A stretch of DNA of 64,000 bases from Thermodesulfobacteriota bacterium (GCA_965202785.1 OZ241855.1:896001-960000), one strand, 5' to 3'; counted from the first letter of the stretch, positions 37,823 through 47,042 are shown. Notes: generated by a model from the letters alone, not told the origin. Made by a program: numbers and translations.

Positions 37823-38536
37823 ATGAAAAAGGCGGCTTTGGTTACAGGCGGGGCGGTAAGAATAGGAAAGGAGATATCCCTGAATCTTGCCCGAAAGGGC
37901 TACTATATCGCCCTTCACTACAATTCCTCCGAAAAGGAGGCCCTAGCTACAAGGGAACTTATTCTCGGGACTGGCGTTCAGTGCGAGCTTTTCAGGTGCA
38001 ATCTTTCATCACCTGATGATGCGAGAGAGCTTATCCCGAAAGTCATGGAAAGCTTCGGGGGGCTCTGTGTTCTCGTTAACAACGCCTCGATTTTTGAGAA
38101 CGTCGGGTTCCGTGATGTGACCCCCGAATTTCTTGAAACAGATATGGCCATAAACTTCAAGGCGCCTTTTTTCCTTTCCCAGTCTTTTTCCACCGAGACG
38201 AGCGGGGGGCTTATAGTCAATTTCCTTGACACGAGAGTCAGGAAAAATCCCGTCGAGCATTTCTCCTACAACCTGAGCAAGAAATGCCTTTATCACTTGA
38301 CGAAAATGCTCGCAAGAGAACTCGCTCCCGATTTTCGGGTAAACGCCGTGTGCCCAGGAGCCGTTCTCGCTCCCCCGGGGTTCGGGGATGACTATCTTCA
38401 CAGGATGGCGCAGGGAACTCCGATGAAGCGTCCGGGTTCTATTGAGGATATAATTAACGCGTTTAACTATCTTCTGGAGAATAATTACGTCACCGGAGAG
38501 TGTCTTTTCGTTGACGGGGGCATGAGTCTTACCTAG
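37823..38536 (+). CDS. Pteridine reductase-like SDR (FolM/PTR1 type)
   Basis: TGGAVRIG (Arg in the TGxxxRIG motif), LHYNSS, VNNASIF, YNLSK; adjacent to folB. Confidence 0.85.
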   Translation: MKKAALVTGGAVRIGKEISLNLARKGYYIALHYNSSEKEALATRELILGTGVQCELFRCNLSSPDDARELIPKVMESFGGLCVLVNNASIFENVGFRDVTPEFLETDMAINFKAPFFLSQSFSTETSGGLIVNFLDTRVRKNPVEHFSYNLSKKCLYHLTKMLARELAPDFRVNAVCPGAVLAPPGFGDDYLHRMAQGTPMKRPGSIEDIINAFNYLLENNYVTGECLFVDGGMSLT

Positions 38537-38540
38537 TGAG

Positions 38541-38888
38541 ATGATAATAAAGATCGAAAACCTTAGGCTTCGCACTATAATAGGGGTTTATGACTGGGAG
38601 AAGGAGAATCGCCAAGATCTGGTCATAAACGTCACCATCGATTTTGACGGACGCAAGGCTGCCGAGAGCGACGACATAGACGACACCTTGGACTACAAGG
38701 CCATAAACAAAAAGATCATAAGCTTTGTGGAGACAAATGATTTTAACCTGCTTGAGAGGGTCGCCGGGGGCATATGCGATATAGTTTTTGAAAATCCGGC
38801 GGTGAGGTGGGCGTCGGTGAAGGTGGACAAACCCGGGGCACTTCGCTTTGCCGATTCCGTTTCGGTGACTGAAGCGAGGGAGAGGTAA
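38541..38888 (+). CDS. folB: Dihydroneopterin aldolase / FolX family
   Basis: LRTIIGVYDWEK, LDYK, FNLLERVA, VDKPGALRFADSVSV; a FolX epimerase cannot be excluded. Confidence 0.85.
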   Translation: MIIKIENLRLRTIIGVYDWEKENRQDLVINVTIDFDGRKAAESDDIDDTLDYKAINKKIISFVETNDFNLLERVAGGICDIVFENPAVRWASVKVDKPGALRFADSVSVTEARER

Positions 38889-38959
38889 ACAACCGGAATT
38901 TTGCCGGTTATCGTGAAAGTAGCGTCGCGTACGAGTTTTCCGAAACCCTGAAACTGTAT

Positions 38960-38987
38960 TTGACATTTAGACGCCTAAATATAAAAT
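38960..38987 (+). promoter_or_regulatory. Sigma70 promoter with internal palindromic operator, probably leaderless
   Basis: TTGACA-16 bp-TAAAAT; ATTTAG-ACGC-CTAAAT palindrome (38965-38980); GTG start 6 nt after the -10 box. Confidence 0.65.
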
Positions 38988-38993
38988 ATAGTT

Positions 38994-40148
38994 GTGATTA
39001 GACGCAAATACTGGTTAAATCGATTGCAGGAAGCTTGGTCTCGCCGCCCTATTATCTGGCTTGCCGGCGTAAGGCGTGTGGGCAAGACGACTTTGGCAAA
39101 AATGCTGCCGGAAGCGACTTACCTGAATTGCGACCTGCCTTCCACACGGAGAGCTTTGCAGGACCCCGAGTTGTTTTTGCGGAGTCACCCGATGGACAAG
39201 CTTCTGATCCTAGATGAAGTTCACCGGCTGGCGGACCCGAGTCTGTGCTTGAAAATCGCAGCGGACGAATACCCTCGGATGCGTGTGCTGGCCACCGGTT
39301 CCTCCACGCTTGCAGCCACGCGCAAGTTCCGCGATACGCTTACGGGCCGAAAACGGACCATTCATCTGTTTCCCGTTCTCTGGGGAGAATCCATTGAGGC
39401 GTTTGAGGTAAAGGACCTTGACCGCCGCCTGCTTCATGGCGGTCTGCCGGAACTGCTGCTTTCGGAAAAAAGAGACCCCGCTTTCTACAGCGAGTGGATA
39501 GACAGCTTCTATGCCCGGGACATTCAGGAACTTTTCGGCGTACGAAGTCGGCAGGGATTTCTCTCGCTGCTGCGACTGCTGCTGCGCCAGAGCGGTGGGC
39601 AGGTGGATTATTCGCGCCTCGCTTCTGACAGCGGGCTGAGTCAGCCTACTGTAAAGACTCATATGGAATCCATGCGGACTGCCTGCGCGATACATCTCGT
39701 TCCGCCCTTTCACGGCGGCGGGAAGAGGGAGATAGTGGCCCGTCCAAAGTGCTATGCGTTTGATACCGGCTTTGTCTGCTACGAGAGGGGCTGGGACCAT
39801 ATAAGAGAGGAGGACCGCGGTCTGCTCTGGGAGCATCTTGTTCTCGATACGCTACGCAGCTCTCATGAGGATAACGCCGTTTTTTACTGGAGGGACAAAT
39901 CAGCCCGCGAGATAGACTTTATCATACGTCTTGCCGGAGGACAGGTGGATACTGTGGAATGCAAGATCAATCCCGAAAAGTTCACTACCAACGCAATGGA
40001 AGCCTTTCGCGCTTATTATCCCGAAGGGGAGAACTATATAGTCAGCCCGGGTGCCGGGGCATCATATCGCATCCGCCGGGGTAATCTTACGTATATGGTC
40101 TGCTCTCTTGATAGCAAATCAGGCTGGCCTTATCCTCTGACAATATGA
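38994..40148 (+). CDS. AAA+ ATPase with DUF4143 domain
   Basis: GVRRVGKT Walker A, LDEVH, ATGSS, GGLPE, KCYAFDTG, YWRDK..EIDFI...VECK. Confidence 0.9.
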   Translation: MIRRKYWLNRLQEAWSRRPIIWLAGVRRVGKTTLAKMLPEATYLNCDLPSTRRALQDPELFLRSHPMDKLLILDEVHRLADPSLCLKIAADEYPRMRVLATGSSTLAATRKFRDTLTGRKRTIHLFPVLWGESIEAFEVKDLDRRLLHGGLPELLLSEKRDPAFYSEWIDSFYARDIQELFGVRSRQGFLSLLRLLLRQSGGQVDYSRLASDSGLSQPTVKTHMESMRTACAIHLVPPFHGGGKREIVARPKCYAFDTGFVCYERGWDHIREEDRGLLWEHLVLDTLRSSHEDNAVFYWRDKSAREIDFIIRLAGGQVDTVECKINPEKFTTNAMEAFRAYYPEGENYIVSPGAGASYRIRRGNLTYMVCSLDSKSGWPYPLTI

Positions 40149-40291
40149 CATGCGGTCTGTTCAGTATGGTTTGCCGCAACATTTCCAAAGCAAGGAGGGA
40201 GATGTTTGAGGGCTCGGTTTCTTTCGCCTTTTTCCTTAAGCTTTCAGTTATAATTTCCGGGTTCTAAACCATTAAATATAAGGTAACTGGG

Positions 40292-40702
40292 TTGAATACA
40301 GTTATTGTTGGAATTGGCTCAAACATAGATGCCGAGAGGAACGTAAGTGCCGCCAAAAGAATGCTCGGGGAAAAACTCAACGTTCTCGGAGAATCGGAAT
40401 TCGTGAGAACCAGGCCTATAGGATCACGACAGCAGCAGGATTTTCTAAACGGTTCATTGCTGATAAAAACCCGTCTTGGCCGTGAGCAGCTGAAAACCCT
40501 GCTCAAGGGGATGGAGGTTTCCCTTGGAAGAAACGTCAAGGAGGATCGCTACGGCCCGAGAAAAATGGACCTGGATATACTCGTGTGGAACGGAGAGATT
40601 GTCGATCCCGACGTTTACGAGCGGGAATTTCTCCGCCGCTCCGTGATCGAACTTTGTCCCGAACTTGGAAAAACGTTGAAGGAGGAACGGGGTCCTGCCT
40701 GA
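40292..40702 (+). CDS. folK: 2-amino-4-hydroxy-6-hydroxymethyldihydropteridine diphosphokinase
   Basis: GIGSNI, TRPIG...DFLN, YGPRKMDLDIL. Confidence 0.92.
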   Translation: MNTVIVGIGSNIDAERNVSAAKRMLGEKLNVLGESEFVRTRPIGSRQQQDFLNGSLLIKTRLGREQLKTLLKGMEVSLGRNVKEDRYGPRKMDLDILVWNGEIVDPDVYEREFLRRSVIELCPELGKTLKEERGPA

Positions 40703-41237
40703 AGAAACCGGAATCCTGGAAGGCGTCGCGCTTAGAAAGTTTTTCTCAAAAGATGACATAAAAAACGCAGTTTCTAGGCTCGCCAAGCAGATTTCGGGGG
40801 ACTACGAGGGAAAAACTCCCGTTGCGGTCTGCGTTCTCAAGGGAGCGCGCCCCTTCTTTGAAGATCTTCTGGCGCAGGTAACCGTGACGGTCGAGAGGCA
40901 GTTTCTCAGGGTTTCAAGTTACAGAGAAGGAGTGCGGCCGGGACGCCTCGAACTCTTAAGGGATGTTGAATGCGAAGTGGATGGCAGGGACGTTATAATA
41001 GTTGAAGACATAATTGACACTTCGGAGACGGCGAAGTTTATCCTGCGGCACGTAGGGTCTAAAAACCCGCGTTCGCTTCGGATATGCGCGCTTATAGACA
41101 AAAGAGGAAAGGGCGCTACGGATTCAGGTCCGGATTACACGGGTTTCCAGGTGGATGAAGGGTTTCTCGTGGGCTACGGAATGGACTACATGGAGAGGGG
41201 AAGATCGCTTGAGGATATATACCTGCTTCAGGAATAA
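40695..41237 (+). CDS. hpt: Hypoxanthine phosphoribosyltransferase (probable CTG start)
   Basis: The frame open from 40680 encodes FSKDDIKNAVSRLAKQISGDYEGK..VCVLKGA, VSSY, IIVEDIIDTSET, FLVGYGMDY; the track ORF misses the first 63 codons. Confidence 0.85.
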   Translation: MPEETGILEGVALRKFFSKDDIKNAVSRLAKQISGDYEGKTPVAVCVLKGARPFFEDLLAQVTVTVERQFLRVSSYREGVRPGRLELLRDVECEVDGRDVIIVEDIIDTSETAKFILRHVGSKNPRSLRICALIDKRGKGATDSGPDYTGFQVDEGFLVGYGMDYMERGRSLEDIYLLQE

Positions 41238-41276
41238 CTTCATTCTTGCTCCCGACAAAAAACTACGGAGACGGAC

Positions 41277-43076
41277 ATGGCGAAAGCAGAAGGCATAAGT
41301 TGGGATCTCTCGGATCTTTACGAAGGAATTTCCGACCCGCGCTTAGAGAAGGATTTCAAAAGGATATCGGCGCGTGCCGACAGATTTGAAAAAAAGTACA
41401 GAGGGAAGATAAAGTCTCCTTCGCTTACCGCGGGGAAGCTCGCGGGAGCCGTGAAAGAGATTGAGCGCTTATCGGAGGGAATCGGAAAGATGCTTTCTTT
41501 TGCTCATCTTATCTTCGCGGCCGACACGCGGGACCCCAAAAACGGCGCTTTTCGTTCATCAATGCAGCAGAAGGCGACGGAAGTTCAGAAAAAGCTTATT
41601 TTCTTTTACGTTGAATGGGTTTCGGTTCCGAAGAAAAGAGCGAAGAAACTTCTTAATAACCCGAAACTTTCAGAGTACAGGCATTTTCTCGAGCAGGAAA
41701 GACAGTACAGAGACCACACTCTTTCGGAAGCCGAGGAAAAAATACTTCAGGAGAAATCAAACACTGGGCAAAAGGCGTTTTCAAGGCTTTTTGACGAGGT
41801 CGTGAACAATATCCAGTTTCGTGTGAGACTCTCGGGCAAGACCGAAAGGCTCAACCAATCCCGGACCCTCTCGCTTCTTTACGACCCGGACAGAAAGAAA
41901 AGAAGGGCGGCCTGGTCCGGTCTCACAAGGGGGCTTAAAGAGAATTCCCATGTGCTTACCTACATATTCAACACGCTTGTAAACGACCACTCGATAAACG
42001 ACAGGCTTAGAAGCTACGAGGACCCCATGTCGGCGCGTCACCTAAGTAACGAGATATCCCACAGTGCCGTGGAAGCCCTGCTTGAATCGTGCGAGAGAAA
42101 CTTCGGATTCGTAAAGCGCTACTACGGACTCAAGGGAAAACTTCTCGGGTACAGAAGATTCTATGACTACGACCGCTACGCTCCCCTGGGTTCGGAGAGG
42201 GAGCAGGTCCCATGGGACAGGGCAGAAGAAATCGTGCTTTCTTCGTTCGGTGAATTCTCATCCAAGATGAAAAAGACCGCGTCTTTATTTTTCGAGAAAA
42301 ACTGGATAGATGCCGAGCTTCGGGATGGGAAAAGAGGGGGAGCTTTCAGCCACGGTACGGTTCCCGGCGTACATCCCTATGTTTTTATGAACTACACCGG
42401 AAAACCGAGAGACGTAATGATTCTGGCTCACGAGCTTGGCCACGGCGTGCACCAGTATCTTTCGAGACGACAGGGTTATTTCCAGGCCCACACGCCCCTT
42501 ACCACGGCCGAGACCGCAAGTGTTTTTGCGGAGATGCTAGTGTTTCACCGACTCAAGGAGGAAGAGACGCGAAGGGAAGGCAGGCTGGTTTTGGTAGCGG
42601 AGAAACTCGAGGATATAATGGCCACGGTCTTCAGACAGGCGGTGCTTACAAGGTTCGAGCAGAGCTTGCACCGCGAAAGAAGAGATCAGGGAGAGCTTAT
42701 GACCACAAGAATAAGTGAACTCTGGATCGAGGCTAACCGCGAGATGTTCGGAGATTCTGTCACCCTGACCGAAAACTACGCTTACTGGTGGCTTTACATT
42801 CCCCATTTTATACACTCTCCCTTTTACTGTTACGCATATTCCTTCGGCGAGCTGCTCACCCTAGCTCTTTACGGAATGTTCTTAGAGCGGGGAAGGTCTT
42901 TTGTGCCCGATTACATGGAGCTTCTTCGGTCCGGGGGAAGCGCCTCGCCCGCGGAACTTCTCTCTGGAGTGGGAGTGGATATAAACGACCCTGGTTTCTG
43001 GCAGACGGGGCTTGACGTGATAGGTGCGATGGTGGACGAGGTTGAAGAACTCGCGGAGCAGTCCGGACTCGGCTGA
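41277..43076 (+). CDS. pepF: M3 family oligoendopeptidase F
   Basis: WDLSDLY, GKRGGAF, LAHELGHGVH, AETASVFAE, PFYCYAYSFG. Confidence 0.93.
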   Translation: MAKAEGISWDLSDLYEGISDPRLEKDFKRISARADRFEKKYRGKIKSPSLTAGKLAGAVKEIERLSEGIGKMLSFAHLIFAADTRDPKNGAFRSSMQQKATEVQKKLIFFYVEWVSVPKKRAKKLLNNPKLSEYRHFLEQERQYRDHTLSEAEEKILQEKSNTGQKAFSRLFDEVVNNIQFRVRLSGKTERLNQSRTLSLLYDPDRKKRRAAWSGLTRGLKENSHVLTYIFNTLVNDHSINDRLRSYEDPMSARHLSNEISHSAVEALLESCERNFGFVKRYYGLKGKLLGYRRFYDYDRYAPLGSEREQVPWDRAEEIVLSSFGEFSSKMKKTASLFFEKNWIDAELRDGKRGGAFSHGTVPGVHPYVFMNYTGKPRDVMILAHELGHGVHQYLSRRQGYFQAHTPLTTAETASVFAEMLVFHRLKEEETRREGRLVLVAEKLEDIMATVFRQAVLTRFEQSLHRERRDQGELMTTRISELWIEANREMFGDSVTLTENYAYWWLYIPHFIHSPFYCYAYSFGELLTLALYGMFLERGRSFVPDYMELLRSGGSASPAELLSGVGVDINDPGFWQTGLDVIGAMVDEVEELAEQSGLG

Positions 43077-43082
43077 GGGTTT

Positions 43083-43925
43083 TTACTGGGAGAGGGAAGA
43101 AGTTTTCTCGTATTCGCTTACGATCTTGCTCACAACCGAGTAGTGAACCGAGACCGCATCGGCAACCTCTCTCAGCGTGTAGTCCCCCGTAAGATAGGTT
43201 TTTGCTATTGCTTCCTCTCTTGAGTGTCCGCTTCGCATGAAACCGTTTATCATGCCCGGTACGGGTTTTGTGAGCTGATACTTGGGAATATCCTTTGACT
43301 GCGAATCCCTCGTTTTTTCCTGCACAAGTTCTATGAATCCATCATCGCCGAGATATATCTGCTTTCGGGTTTCTGAAATCACGTCGCGCGAGTTGCTCTC
43401 TTCCAGAAACTCATCAAAAGCGCTTGTATCCGAAGAGAATCCTTCCGAGAACCACTCGAGGTCTATGTGCCCCGGCACTTCGTCTTTTCCGTAAAGATAC
43501 CTGCAACTGCTCCATTTGAACTGGTTGGGATGTTTTACGAACCCGGCTTGAAGAGGGAGAAGAAAAATATGGGCCATAAGCGGCAGAAGATATTTTTCCC
43601 TCTGGACAACTATGGATTTATATCTTCCCCGGAAAACATGGCCGTCTGTGTCGTGCAGCCTGTTTGAGCGCTGGGTGTAAACGCCGTTTAGCTGTCTTAT
43701 GGCTTTTGAGAGGTTAGGCTCCGGGGTCTCGATGACCAGATGGTACCCGTCGGACATGAGACAGTAACCAAAGCAACGGCATCCGAACCTTCCGCATACC
43801 CCCTCGAGGACTTCTATCCAGGCATTGCCGTCGGCTGAGTTCTGAAAGACGCTCTGTCCTCTGTTCCCGACTGAGGAGAGGTAATAGACGGCCCCTGCGT
43901 ATTCCGGTCTTAACGGCCTTGCCAT
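43083..43925 (-). CDS. RAYT/Y1 (IS200-like) transposase homologue with C-terminal HTH; catalytic residues substituted
   Basis: MARPLR, YCLM..YHL.IETP..NLSK..RQLNGVYTQ..N, GHVF.GRYKSI, WSS and HTH YTLREVA...VHYSVVSKIV; HUH reads GYH and YIxxNP reads HIFLLP. Confidence 0.88.
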   Translation of the reverse strand: MARPLRPEYAGAVYYLSSVGNRGQSVFQNSADGNAWIEVLEGVCGRFGCRCFGYCLMSDGYHLVIETPEPNLSKAIRQLNGVYTQRSNRLHDTDGHVFRGRYKSIVVQREKYLLPLMAHIFLLPLQAGFVKHPNQFKWSSCRYLYGKDEVPGHIDLEWFSEGFSSDTSAFDEFLEESNSRDVISETRKQIYLGDDGFIELVQEKTRDSQSKDIPKYQLTKPVPGMINGFMRSGHSREEAIAKTYLTGDYTLREVADAVSVHYSVVSKIVSEYEKTSSLSQ

Positions 43926-43932
43926 AAAGAAG

Positions 43933-43961
43933 ATTATAATGCGGAGGAAAAACTATGTCAA
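43933..43961 (-). promoter_or_regulatory. Perfect-consensus sigma70 promoter, probably leaderless
   Basis: Minus strand TTGACA-17 bp-TATAAT-7 nt-ATG, no SD. Confidence 0.85.
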
Positions 43962-43989
43962 GACCTGACCCTTAAGACGCATTGTCTTT

Positions 43990-44958
43990 TCAAGGGGCAA
44001 GCGCTTTCATTGCAAAGGCTACCTGCTCCCTCGAAGCGTTGTAGGGAAACATGAGAATGGGAAGATCGGAGTTCTCAGCGAACTCCCCGAGCTTTGCTCT
44101 TCCCTCCTCCGGGGAACCGCTTATGGAAATAAGATCGAGCAGTTCGTCACTTATGCTTTTTATAGCTTCTGCTTTGTTTTCCCGCCAGAGCTTTTTCGCC
44201 CTGTCCGCTTCCTCCCCGAATCCGTAGCTGCTTACGAGTTTGTGGTAATAATCTCCCATGGAGCATACATAAAGGGCCACGAATTCCCTTACGATTTCTC
44301 TTGACTCGCTTCGGTTCTCGGAAACCATCGCCGGAAGAAACGGGGCCACGGTTATTTCTCTTCCGCCGGAAGCGAGCACCTCTTTTCTTTCGTTTATAAG
44401 GCTCACGGGGCAGAGATACGGAATCCAGCCGTCAGCGACCCGGGAGGTAAGCTCGATGTTTTTCGGTCCCATGGATGCAATGTATATGGGGACCTCGCTT
44501 CTTCGGGGCTTAAAAAGAAGCCTGAAGCCCTTAAGCCTGAAAATCTCCCCTTCATAGTCAACCCTCTTTCCCGCGAGTATCGTCCTTATTATCTCGACGC
44601 ACTCAAGCGTCCGTCTCAGGGGACGCTCGAATTTCACGCCGTGCCAGTATTCGTTTAGGTAAACGCTGCTTATCCCGAGTCCGAGGATGAATCTCCCCCC
44701 GCAATACTCATCCACAGTGGCCGCCGTCTGGGCTATGAGTGCCGGAGACCTGCTGTAAACGGAGATGATGCCGGTGGCCAGATTTATCTTTTCTGTGACC
44801 GATGCCATGTGGGATATAAGGGAAAATGCGTCCCGGCCCCACATCTCGGGAACCCAGATCGAGTGGTATCCTAGGTCCTCGGCCAGTTTCGAAAAATAGA
44901 TAAGATCATCTTTTTTTACGTCCGCCCAGTAAGGCACGACTATTCCTGTCGAAGACAA
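43990..44958 (-). CDS. Luciferase-like monooxygenase (LLM) class flavin/F420-dependent oxidoreductase
   Basis: AEDLGYHSIWVPE, ATGII..YSRSPAL.AQ, GRFILGLG, PIYIASMGPKN, ADGW. Confidence 0.9.
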   Translation of the reverse strand: MSSTGIVVPYWADVKKDDLIYFSKLAEDLGYHSIWVPEMWGRDAFSLISHMASVTEKINLATGIISVYSRSPALIAQTAATVDEYCGGRFILGLGISSVYLNEYWHGVKFERPLRRTLECVEIIRTILAGKRVDYEGEIFRLKGFRLLFKPRRSEVPIYIASMGPKNIELTSRVADGWIPYLCPVSLINERKEVLASGGREITVAPFLPAMVSENRSESREIVREFVALYVCSMGDYYHKLVSSYGFGEEADRAKKLWRENKAEAIKSISDELLDLISISGSPEEGRAKLGEFAENSDLPILMFPYNASREQVAFAMKALAP

Positions 44959-45166
44959 TTGCCTCCTCCTTCCGCATGGGTTTGCTCGGGTTCATTTTAC
45001 TTGAGTTTTAAGACTGTGAGAAGGCACAGACCCTGTTTTCAACCCAAGGGTCCTGCCCCCTCCGATGTGTCTTTAACGTTCACCTGATTGTTGGTTAAAC
45101 TTTTACGGAACTATCTACTGACCTGTCTTCAAAGAAAGACAATCCTTTACTACGGGAGTTAGCACA

Positions 45167-46381
45167 ATGCGCAAGTTACCCCAAAGAATGCAGGCTAGGC
45201 TTTACAAGGAGCACCTTTTCCCAGAGGAAACAAGGGAAATCAGGCAGAAGGTGAGAGCTTTTGCGGAAAAAGAGGTTTTTCCACTGGCCCGGGATATAGG
45301 AGAGAAAAAAGAGAGAAACAGGAACTTTCCCCGCAGGCTTTTCAGGAAAATGGCCGCGGAGGGGTTTTTCCGGATTCCGTTTTCAAAAAAGGACGGGGGA
45401 CTGGGTCTTTCCTACCCCGCGTGCGCAGCGGCGGTCATGGCAGAGGAGCTCGCCTACATAAGCGCGAGCGTTGCGGGAACGATAAACGCCCACTTCCTGC
45501 TCTCCGGAAAAACCTTGGCTATGGGGTCACCCTATATAAAGGAAAAATATCTCGCTGCGGCTCTTGATGGAACCTCGGTGGCGTCATTTGCGATGACGGA
45601 GCCCCAGTCGGGTTCTGACGTAAGGACCGAGTCTCTTGTAACGAAAGCCCGCAGGAAGGGCAAAAAATACATTATAAACGGCCGCAAGCGCTACATAACC
45701 AACGCCGGGGTGGCTGATTTCGTGACTCTGCTAGCTTCAGCGGGGGACAAGTCCATAATGATAGTGGTCGACCTTGATTCGCCGGGCTGTTCCGTAAGCG
45801 CCCCGGATAAAAAACTCGGGAACAGAGGAGAACTTACCTACGACATATATCTTGAAGACGTGGAGGTGCCTCGGGAAAACCTGATAGGGAAGGAAGGAGA
45901 TGGCCTTCGGGTCGCCGTTAATTCCCTTCTTTACGGGAGGACGGGAATCGGGGCGAGCGGGGTCGGGATGGCGCAGTCGGCATTCGATGAATGCGTGGAA
46001 TTCATGAACGAGAGGGAGGCTTTCGGAAAAAAGATAGCCGATTTTCAGTACTGGCAGTTTTTGCTAGCGCAGAGGGCTGTTGAGATAGAAAACGCTAGGA
46101 ACCTTTATCTCAAGGCTGCGCTCTGTCTTGACAATGGGGATCCTTTCCCGACTTTCGAGACTTCCGCTGCTAAGTACTACGGCTCGGAGATAAGCGTTAC
46201 CATGGCCCGCGACGCCGTTCAGATATTCGGAGGTCTCGGTCTTATGGTGGAACTTGCCCACGATTCTTCCACCTACAAGGTTGAGGAGATTTACAGGGAT
46301 TCCAAGGTCGGGGAGATATACGAAGGCACAAACGAGATACACAAGATGATAATAGCGAGATCGATTTTCGGAAAGAGGTAG
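45167..46381 (+). CDS. Acyl-CoA dehydrogenase
   Basis: FAMTEPQSGSD, INGRKRYITN, REAFGKKI, AVQIFGG, IYEGTNEI. Confidence 0.93.
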   Translation: MRKLPQRMQARLYKEHLFPEETREIRQKVRAFAEKEVFPLARDIGEKKERNRNFPRRLFRKMAAEGFFRIPFSKKDGGLGLSYPACAAAVMAEELAYISASVAGTINAHFLLSGKTLAMGSPYIKEKYLAAALDGTSVASFAMTEPQSGSDVRTESLVTKARRKGKKYIINGRKRYITNAGVADFVTLLASAGDKSIMIVVDLDSPGCSVSAPDKKLGNRGELTYDIYLEDVEVPRENLIGKEGDGLRVAVNSLLYGRTGIGASGVGMAQSAFDECVEFMNEREAFGKKIADFQYWQFLLAQRAVEIENARNLYLKAALCLDNGDPFPTFETSAAKYYGSEISVTMARDAVQIFGGLGLMVELAHDSSTYKVEEIYRDSKVGEIYEGTNEIHKMIIARSIFGKR

Positions 46382-46388
46382 TTTTGCT

Positions 46389-47018
46389 TTGCAGTCAATA
46401 AATGAGAAAACCCACGGTAATGAAGTCTTGAAAAGCTTCCCTAATCACTTATGGCGGGATGTTGTGGTTAACACAAAAGAGGTCTCCTCCGGGAAAAAGA
46501 GAGAAGCTAGGTCCGGGATGCGCCTTATTTACGGAATTCACGGCACCCCGTTTGGAAAATGTCTTATCGGGATCTGCGAAGAAGGTATATGTCATATGAG
46601 TTTTTTCCGCACCGATGCCGAAACCCACTTGGAAGAATTCAGGAAGGTATGGCGGAACCCGAAGAACCAAAGGGATGACAAAAAGACGGCTGAAGTATTG
46701 CGGAACTTGTTGTTTTCCCCGGGAAGACAGCCGCCGGCGGTACTGCTCCTTGGAACACGGTTTCAGCTCAAGGTATGGGAAAAGCTGATGGAGGTCCGGG
46801 AGGGTGAGACCTTGTCCTATTCAGAACTTGCGGAGTCCGCAGGAGTACCTACTGCCGTAAGGGCCGTATCAAACGCCGTGGCGGGAAATCCGGTTGCTTA
46901 TTTGGTGCCTTGCCACCGTATTATAGGAAAGGCGGGGGATCTTCACGGCTACCGCTGGGGGCTTGACGTGAAAAGGGCGATTCTTGAATACGAAGGGGTT
47001 AACCTGGTTTCGCAGTGA
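46389..47018 (+). CDS. ogt: Methylated-DNA--protein-cysteine methyltransferase (start uncertain)
   Basis: GTRFQLKVWE, SYSELA, RAV..A...NP....VPCHRII, GYRWG. Confidence 0.9.
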   Translation: MQSINEKTHGNEVLKSFPNHLWRDVVVNTKEVSSGKKREARSGMRLIYGIHGTPFGKCLIGICEEGICHMSFFRTDAETHLEEFRKVWRNPKNQRDDKKTAEVLRNLLFSPGRQPPAVLLLGTRFQLKVWEKLMEVREGETLSYSELAESAGVPTAVRAVSNAVAGNPVAYLVPCHRIIGKAGDLHGYRWGLDVKRAILEYEGVNLVSQ

Positions 47019-47042
47019 CGAACTCGGTATAAGTTTGCGCGG

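Noticed and set aside
43083-43925. Active IS200/IS605 insertion sequence
   Set aside because: Catalytic HUH and Tyr are absent, with no tnpB and no terminal hairpins; reported instead as a candidate domesticated gene
45020-45060. AGGCACAGACCCTG as a second REP-like copy near the RAYT gene
   Set aside because: Too degenerate to distinguish from chance
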